From: Acutalibacteraceae bacterium
GTDB taxonomy: Bacteria; Bacillota; Clostridia; Oscillospirales; Acutalibacteraceae
Direction of reading: 5' to 3'
NCBI GenBank assembly: GCA_045540535.1
Contig: JAZQHI010000153.1
Coordinates: 1-60,571 of the forward strand
DNA length: 60,571 bases
The number at the start of each line of letters is the position of its first letter. Within the stretch, counting starts at the first letter, position 1. This document shows, piece by piece, positions 54,789 to 60,571 of this stretch. The notes under the pieces are model-generated. The model had not been told where the DNA came from, did not search any database, and was given only the letters and a program-made list of their open reading frames with translations. A program made the position numbers and the translations under genes.

Positions 54789-55508
54789 TTAATTTTCTTT
54801 ATTCTTTTTATAAATGAACTTTTCGCTAAGGGATATGTTTTTATAACCGAGTAGGTATGCTGTGTATGCAGTTAAGGGCACTATCGCATTAAGAAGAGCA
54901 AGACCTAAGAACTGCAAAATATTAATATCGCCAAAGGTGGCACTTTTCCCAATGATCAGTTCTACAAAGGTGTATATACCGCAGTTTAAAAATTTGTAGA
55001 GTGCAGTTTGCATCTCGGGTAATAAAAATTTGAAAACGGTTAAAAGAATAAGACTTGGTATTATAGCAATTAAACCGCATTTTAGCCCCTTTAACTTGTC
55101 TTCCTTTTTATGTTTAAAGTGTACAAGATTACTGTCCTTAGTTCCCATTTGCCAGAATTTAGGATAAATAAATGAGATTAAAAGTATAGTACAAAAAACT
55201 GCCGTAACACATAGGAAAAGGGTATTTCCCGTTTTTGATACTTCCGAGCGGATTTTACTCTCACTTACGGTATAACCGTTTTCTTCGTATTCGGCGCGTT
55301 TTGTATCTTCGCCGTCCTCATAATAGTGGCGGTAAAGTTCAACGCTTTGCTCGTTTTCACTGCTGGTTCCCATTGCAACATAACCGATATTTTCCGAAAA
55401 AACGGCAGTAATAAGAACGCTTAACGAAATAACAAGAAAAAAACACATAATATTAATTGTAACAATTCTGCCGAAAAGGGATATTGAATTTTTAAATATT
55501 TCCTTCAT
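54789..55508 (-). CDS. Membrane protein, unknown
   Basis: 239 aa, about 5 TM helices with an acidic extracytoplasmic loop. Confidence 0.5.
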   Translation of the reverse strand: MKEIFKNSISLFGRIVTINIMCFFLVISLSVLITAVFSENIGYVAMGTSSENEQSVELYRHYYEDGEDTKRAEYEENGYTVSESKIRSEVSKTGNTLFLCVTAVFCTILLISFIYPKFWQMGTKDSNLVHFKHKKEDKLKGLKCGLIAIIPSLILLTVFKFLLPEMQTALYKFLNCGIYTFVELIIGKSATFGDINILQFLGLALLNAIVPLTAYTAYLLGYKNISLSEKFIYKKNKEN

Positions 55509-55617
55509 TTCTTCACCTTTTATTTTTAATGAATATATAAAACTAATTTATTATATTCTAAATTCAAAAAAAATGCAAGGCTTAAACCGTAAACCCTTGC
55601 ATTTTTTAATAATTTAT

Positions 55618-55893
55618 TTACAAAATAAAGCATAGCGAAATTCCTAAAACAAGTAAAAACAGTCCTATGGCAATTAAAAGTTTCATTCTGCGCCGATTTT
55701 TGTACCTCTTTCTTAGTTGATTTTTTTTAGGAATAGCAGAATCGTAATTAAAAGAAAATTCCGCCGCGGCGCGTTTTAACTGCTTTGCACTTAAAGTACC
55801 ATATTCGGGAGTTACGTAAAAAACAATTTTTTCAAAAAGTTTACTTCCTGTATTATTAACTTCTATAATAGTTTTACTTACCCCTTTTACCAT
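55618..55893 (-). CDS. Small tail-anchored membrane protein, unknown
   Basis: 91 aa. Soluble N-terminal domain, basic stretch KRYKNRRRMK and one C-terminal TM helix. A terminator hairpin lies at 55572-55603. Confidence 0.55.
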   Translation of the reverse strand: MVKGVSKTIIEVNNTGSKLFEKIVFYVTPEYGTLSAKQLKRAAAEFSFNYDSAIPKKNQLRKRYKNRRRMKLLIAIGLFLLVLGISLCFIL

Positions 55894-56012
55894 AAAAAAT
55901 CCCCCAATAACTGAAATCGAAAAAATTTAGATTTTATGTTGCTATTATTAACCTTTAGTGTAAAAATTATGCAATTAAGAGAAAAGTAACCTATTTAAAT
56001 TAATATTTAGGG

Positions 56013-56085
56013 TGTGGATAACGCAGAGTTTTTCACCACAGGTTAACATAAAAATGTGGATAACTCGGTGGAAAAAGTGGAAAAA
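56013..56085. promoter_or_regulatory. DnaA-box cluster
   Basis: Two perfect TGTGGATAA boxes (56013-56021 and 56055-56063), the reverse complement of TTATCCACA. Two tandem GTGGAAAAA near-boxes at 56068 and 56077, and 7/9 matches at 56032 and 56109. Confidence 0.6.
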
Positions 56086-56379
56086 CCCACTGTTTTAGAT
56101 AAAAAGTTATCAACCACAGACTCTTTTCGACGGATTATGTTAATATAAAATGCAAAAAAATTGATGTCAACTTTTTCTTGCTTTTTTATTAATAGTGTGT
56201 TATCATTACTTCGGTTAAAGGGAGTAGCCGACGTGTTATGCGTTGCAATTTGCGTCAGTACAGTAAGCGTTTTTCGTTTACTCGCTTTTGCATTAAACGG
56301 CAAGACTTTTACTGTGATAATCCACGGTGAAGGTCTTTTTTTATTTCCTTCCTATTATTTTTAAGAAAGGTTGAGAGAA

Positions 56380-57546
56380 ATGGATTTTATTCAATTTCTG
56401 TACGAAAATGTAGTAAACAATTTTTCGTGGCAAATGCTCGTAATGTGGGCAATAGGCGGCATTCTTATTTATCTTGCTATAAAAAAGGATATGGAGCCTA
56501 CTCTTCTTTTGCCGATAGGTTTCGGCGCTATACTTGTTAACCTGCCAGGTGTTATGCAACTTGTAGTTGACGGTGCAGGACAGCCTATTTTAGACGATTT
56601 CGGTAACAAACAGTATGATGCAGGTCCCCTTACAACACTTTTTAATGCTGGTATTGCAAACGAGTTGTTCCCCCTTATACTCTTTATCGGTATAGGTGCT
56701 ATGATTGACTTTGGACCTTTGCTTTCCAACCCCAAACTTATGATTTTCGGTGCTGCGGCACAGTTTGGTATTTTCTTTACATTCTGTATGGCTTCAATGT
56801 TTTTCGATACTCCCGATGCGGCATCTATCGGTATTATCGGTGCGGCGGACGGTCCTACTTCCATAGTAGTAGCGCAAAAACTAAATTCACAGTATGTAGG
56901 CGCTATAATGGTTGCGGCTTATTCATATATGGCGTTGGTTCCTATTATTCAGCCCCCTGTTATTAAATTGCTTACTACTAAAAAAGAACGTCTTATCCGT
57001 ATGCCTTATACCGCTAAGAGCGTTTCTAAGATGACAAAAATTCTTTTCCCGATAATCATTACCGCAATAGCAGGTCTTGTAGCGCCTGAATCGGTATATC
57101 TTGTAGGTTTCCTTATGTTCGGTAACCTTATACGTGAGTGCGGTGTGCTTAATTCACTTTCTGATACAGCACAGAATGTACTCGCAAATCTTATTACAAT
57201 ATTCCTTGGTATTACTATCGCTTCAAAAATGTTCTATGCACAGTTCCTTAAAACCGAAACTCTTATGATTTTAGGTCTTGGACTTATCGCCTTTATTTTC
57301 GATACAGCAGGCGGTGTAATATTCGCTAAAATTTTGAATGTTTTCCTACCTAAGAACAAAAAGATTAATCCTATGATCGGCGCGGCAGGTATATCTGCTT
57401 TCCCGATGTCAGGAAGAATTGTTCATAAAATGGGTCTTAAAGAAGATCCGCAGAACTTCCTGCTTATGCACTCTATGGGTGTAAACGTTTCCGGTCAGAT
57501 AGCATCTGTTATAGCAGGCGGTCTTATTCTTAAATTCTTCGGCTAA
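56380..57546 (+). CDS. Sodium ion-translocating decarboxylase, beta subunit
   Basis: Polytopic OadB/GcdB/MmdB-like sequence (LLLPIGFGAILVNLP, GAADGPT, MIGAAGISAFPMSGR). Start at ATG 56380. Confidence 0.85.
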   Translation: MDFIQFLYENVVNNFSWQMLVMWAIGGILIYLAIKKDMEPTLLLPIGFGAILVNLPGVMQLVVDGAGQPILDDFGNKQYDAGPLTTLFNAGIANELFPLILFIGIGAMIDFGPLLSNPKLMIFGAAAQFGIFFTFCMASMFFDTPDAASIGIIGAADGPTSIVVAQKLNSQYVGAIMVAAYSYMALVPIIQPPVIKLLTTKKERLIRMPYTAKSVSKMTKILFPIIITAIAGLVAPESVYLVGFLMFGNLIRECGVLNSLSDTAQNVLANLITIFLGITIASKMFYAQFLKTETLMILGLGLIAFIFDTAGGVIFAKILNVFLPKNKKINPMIGAAGISAFPMSGRIVHKMGLKEDPQNFLLMHSMGVNVSGQIASVIAGGLILKFFG

Positions 57547-57559
57547 AGGAGTAAAGTTT

Positions 57560-57688
57560 ATGGATTTCAGTAAATTTATAGAAAATCTTCCCTATATGGG
57601 TAAAGGTATGCTTGGAATACTTATTGTTATGGGGGTAATTATTCTTGTAACATTACTTCTTAACAAAGTTTTTTCGGGTAAAAATTAA
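57560..57688 (+). CDS. OadG-like small membrane subunit (42 aa)
   Basis: Not in the track. AGGAG RBS, then MDFSKFIENLPYMGKGMLGILIVMGVIILVTLLLNKVFSGKN. Single TM helix, positioned right after the beta subunit. Confidence 0.6.
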   Translation: MDFSKFIENLPYMGKGMLGILIVMGVIILVTLLLNKVFSGKN

Positions 57689-57798
57689 AATTAACAGAAA
57701 AGTTATTTACTAAATTGGAAAAATGCTATATAATAGGCTTACAGTTTATTACTGTGAGCCTATTTTTTAAGGCCAATATTTATACGGTGGAGATTTTT

Positions 57799-58965
57799 AT
57801 GGAACTTAATTCAAAAAATTTCAAAAAAATTTTGCTTTTAATCTTTTTTGGCGCGGCTATTTTTACTGCTGTTCAGAATTTCGGCGGAGTGCTGAACCTT
57901 GTTTCAAGGGTGTTTTCATTAATTTCGCCTATAGTGTCGGCACTTTGCATCGCTTTTGTACTTAATGTTTTGTTGAGTGCGCTTGAAAACAAGGTGTTTT
58001 TCTTTTTTGATAAATCGAAGAAAAAATTTGTAAGAACCCTTAAAAGACCGCTTTGTCTTGTCTTAACTTATCTTTTGGGATTTGGTATAATTTCTCTTTT
58101 AATACTCGTTATTATACCTGATATAATCGATACAATAATTTATATCACTGAAAAAATACCCGGCTTTGTAGTTCAGGTTAACGAATGGTTGCAGGGCTTT
58201 TTGGTGAAATTTAAAATCGACCCTGCGGAACTTCCCGGTACAGATATAAATTGGACCTTGGTTGCAAATACAATGAAAGATTGGATTTCGGGTTCGGAAG
58301 CCAAGATTTTCGGTGACGCAGTTAATATTACAACCTCGGTTTTTTCAGGCGTGTTTGATACTTTGTTAAGTCTGGTTATTTCGGTTTATGTATTGGCACA
58401 AAAGGAAAAAATCGGTGCGTTTTTAAAGCGTATGATAAATGCTTTACTGCCCGATAAAGCGACAAAACTTATATATCATATTTCATCACAAAGTTCTTAT
58501 ACTTTTTCAAAATTTATCGGCGGTCAATGCACCGAAGCCTTAATTCTTGGAACACTTTGCTTTATAGGAATGCTTATTTTCCGTTTTCCAAACGCTTTAA
58601 TCATTTCTGTTTTAATAGCCGTTACGTCTTTAGTGCCTATAGTTGGTGCTACTATCGGTGTTGTAGTGGGCGCGTTGTTAATATTTATCACAAGCCCTTT
58701 AAAAGCCATTTTGTTCGTGGTATTTTTCCTGATACTGCAACAGGTTGAGGGTAATCTCATTTATCCTAAAGTTGTTGGCAAGGCCGTAGGACTTCCGGGC
58801 GTTTTGGTTGTTAGTGCGGTACTTTTAGGCGGTAATATCGGCGGAGTAATGGGTACTTTGGTAGCAGTTCCTACCTGCGCGGTATTTTATGTTCTGCTAA
58901 AAGAATTAATTGCTTACTGCCAATTAAAAAAGAAAACCGAAGAAATAAAATCGGATGAAGAATAA
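57799..58965 (+). CDS. AI-2E family transporter (PerM-like)
   Basis: Start moved to ATG 57799 (GGTGGAG RBS). 8-TM topology with QQVEGNLIYPKVVG motif. Confidence 0.8.
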   Translation: MELNSKNFKKILLLIFFGAAIFTAVQNFGGVLNLVSRVFSLISPIVSALCIAFVLNVLLSALENKVFFFFDKSKKKFVRTLKRPLCLVLTYLLGFGIISLLILVIIPDIIDTIIYITEKIPGFVVQVNEWLQGFLVKFKIDPAELPGTDINWTLVANTMKDWISGSEAKIFGDAVNITTSVFSGVFDTLLSLVISVYVLAQKEKIGAFLKRMINALLPDKATKLIYHISSQSSYTFSKFIGGQCTEALILGTLCFIGMLIFRFPNALIISVLIAVTSLVPIVGATIGVVVGALLIFITSPLKAILFVVFFLILQQVEGNLIYPKVVGKAVGLPGVLVVSAVLLGGNIGGVMGTLVAVPTCAVFYVLLKELIAYCQLKKKTEEIKSDEE

Positions 58966-58966
58966 G

Positions 58967-58998
58967 AAAAACGGATGCCGCAAACGGCATCCGTTTTT
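58967..58998 (+). terminator. Intrinsic terminator
   Basis: AAAAACGGATGCCG-CAA-CGGCATCCGTTTTT. Confidence 0.85.
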
Positions 58999-59130
58999 GA
59001 TATTATAATTTACTCGATAAATAAAAAACAAGGAACCACACCAAAGGTATGATTCCCAGGTTTGTCTATGGGCTACGAAAAAGATATTTTTGCTGTTTTT
59101 GCATATGAATTCGAACTCTTGCATAGTCTA

Positions 59131-60021
59131 TCAATTTTTATCCGCTTTACTACTATTATTTAACTGTGCATATATTTGGTCAATTTCTGGATGTTCCTTG
59201 CGAATTTTAATTTGATATTCTCGCCATTCTTTGATTTCTTCAGCTGTCGCTTTCCTATAAGCTGTTCCTAATTTTAAGAAGCGGTAGTTGATGAGTTTTT
59301 TCTCAAGCTCGACGAATTCAGCCAAGCCTTTATGGAAATTAACGTACTTTTGAGCTACGGGCACATCATCAACAAAAATATCTGGACCCGGCATTACTTT
59401 TACTATTATTTCAAGGAAGTCGCAACTTCTAATCTGATTTATCAGTGTTATAAACTCTCTTGGCATTTTATTACCAATTAAGACTTGATCAATACCATGG
59501 ATGCATTCCTCGATTTTTCGTCCATAAAATACTATGGATTTTTTTGCCTCAAAATGTTCTACGTGTTCACCACCATCTTTTCCGTTTCTATAACTCTTAA
59601 TCATCAAAAACTCATCTGAATCGTTGAAAGAGAAGTCGTCAACAATTTTTATTTCTTCGGGGGATGCCTCTTTGATATCCGAAACACCAGTTGCGTATTT
59701 GAAGTAAGAATTCACTTTATCCATATACATGTACAATGGACAAAGATATTTTTCCAAAAGACTGATAGTGTTGTTTTCTTCTTTCACTGACGGGATATAA
59801 TCAACAAGAAGATAAAAAACAAGGGAAGCAATGTAGGCTAAACTGAGATTCTCTGCAATTCTTATTACTTCATAGATAATAGTATTTTCTTCGGGCTTTT
59901 GAAATATCACATTAAGCGCATCAAAGATAGGTGGAGCAGATGAATACTTACAAATAAAAAATAATGATACGATTAGAAAAATGATATGCCACTTCAAATC
60001 TTTAAAATAATTTCGTTTCAA
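59131..60021 (-). CDS. Hypothetical protein: two N-terminal TM helices plus a ~200-aa cytoplasmic domain
   Basis: 296 aa in a visibly AT-rich block between a strong terminator and an IS3 element. No recognisable domain. Confidence 0.5.
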   Translation of the reverse strand: MKRNYFKDLKWHIIFLIVSLFFICKYSSAPPIFDALNVIFQKPEENTIIYEVIRIAENLSLAYIASLVFYLLVDYIPSVKEENNTISLLEKYLCPLYMYMDKVNSYFKYATGVSDIKEASPEEIKIVDDFSFNDSDEFLMIKSYRNGKDGGEHVEHFEAKKSIVFYGRKIEECIHGIDQVLIGNKMPREFITLINQIRSCDFLEIIVKVMPGPDIFVDDVPVAQKYVNFHKGLAEFVELEKKLINYRFLKLGTAYRKATAEEIKEWREYQIKIRKEHPEIDQIYAQLNNSSKADKN

Positions 60022-60103
60022 GATGAGTTACCTCTTTGTTTACAATCTGTTAGCTGATTTTATTATATCATATTTTTTCAATTCTTTCAATTCCTACAGA
60101 AAA

Positions 60104-60571
60104 TGTCGTACAATTGTTTCGACGCATTCAAAATAGGAGTTGAAACCATGAGAACTTACACCCAAGAAGAAAAACAAGCGGTCATTGACCGTTTTATATC
60201 CGGTGAACCGTCTGTGAATATCCTCGCTGACACCGGTATACCCAAAAGTACATTTTATGGCTGGGTGCGTGCTTACCGTGACGAACTGGAAGCGGGCAAA
60301 CGCAAGGAGGTCAATGTCCGCAATTTTCATTTGCTTGAAAACAAAGTCGCACGCTTGGAATGCCTCGTTGAAATTCTGAAATCCGCGACTTGCACGCCGA
60401 AGTCACCATTAAAACAGCGATTATATGCCGCCGAGCAACTTTACGGAAAATACAACGTGCACGTGATCTGCGATGCATTTGACATTCCGCGAGGAACGTT
60501 TTATAACCACGTTCTCCGCAACAAGAAAGACAACACGTGGTATGCGAAATGTCGGGAAGAATTGCGGCTTC
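60104..60571 (+). mobile_element. IS3-family insertion sequence, left end (truncated by window)
   Basis: Abrupt rise in G+C. The candidate terminal TG is at about 60104. It contains the transposase ORF below. Confidence 0.6.
60148..60571 (+). CDS. IS3-family transposase (N-terminal HTH/leucine-zipper part; partial)
   Basis: Not in the track (no stop). My translation is MRTYTQEEKQAVIDRFISGEPSVNILADTGIPKSTFYGWVRAYRDELEAGK...LLENKVARLECLVEILK...ICDAFDIPRGTFYNH. GGAG RBS. Confidence 0.8.
   Translation, partial: MRTYTQEEKQAVIDRFISGEPSVNILADTGIPKSTFYGWVRAYRDELEAGKRKEVNVRNFHLLENKVARLECLVEILKSATCTPKSPLKQRLYAAEQLYGKYNVHVICDAFDIPRGTFYNHVLRNKKDNTWYAKCREELRL

Noticed and set aside
55900-56370. Chromosomal replication origin (oriC)
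   Set aside because: Only two perfect DnaA boxes, with no dnaA or dnaN gene adjacent and no clear tandem AT-rich 13-mer-type unwinding element. A regulatory or titration DnaA-box cluster is the more conservative reading.
60094-60330. 78-aa minus-strand ORF
   Set aside because: It is antisense to the clearly recognisable IS3 transposase N-terminus.

Overview
This looks like a chromosomal segment from a low-GC Firmicute, probably a spore-forming Clostridia-type anaerobe (CotF and YlmC/YmxH genes, rpsF-ssb-rpsR, ylxM-ffh-rpsP). I saw no rRNA, tRNA or CRISPR array.

Layout:
- **1-8.76 kb:** one minus-strand cell-wall glycopolymer operon with a consensus promoter. It mixes teichoic-acid linkage-unit genes (mnaA, tagA-like, tagB/F-like) with Wzx/Wzy-type genes and a WbaP-type initiating transferase.
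- **10.84-25.92 kb:** a roughly 15.1-kb integrative mobilizable element (IME). It sits in the 3' end of a GGGtGRT-family gene and is bounded by a 71-bp imperfect direct repeat whose 5 mismatches are all synonymous. TGTWGAAAA repeats lie in both arms. The element encodes a tyrosine integrase, Xis, a HUH relaxase, a Rep/primase-like protein with a palindrome-rich ori-like region, XRE and RHH regulators, and a 4-gene envelope cargo operon headed by a membrane-tethered ECF-type sigma factor.
- **25.85-58.97 kb:** mostly housekeeping genes. These include the GGGtGRT/NifU-like pair with a long structured leader, ftsEX plus an M23 peptidase, rpsF-ssb-rpsR, coaX plus an ECF S-component, a GH3 glycosidase, trxAB, an LtaS-like gene, galT, ylxM-ffh-rpsP, birA, and oadB/oadG-like genes preceded by a DnaA-box cluster.
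- **59.0-60.57 kb:** an AT-rich orphan gene followed by a truncated IS3-family element.

The best candidates for something undescribed are the IME cargo module (sigma-TM fusion, DUF4428-type zinc-ribbon protein, polytopic membrane protein, YD-repeat lipoprotein), the GATATGAG motif that marks the IME module boundaries, the structured GC-rich island upstream of the mob genes, and the structured leader of the GGGtGRT operon. All functional calls rest on motifs I recognise by eye. No database search was run.
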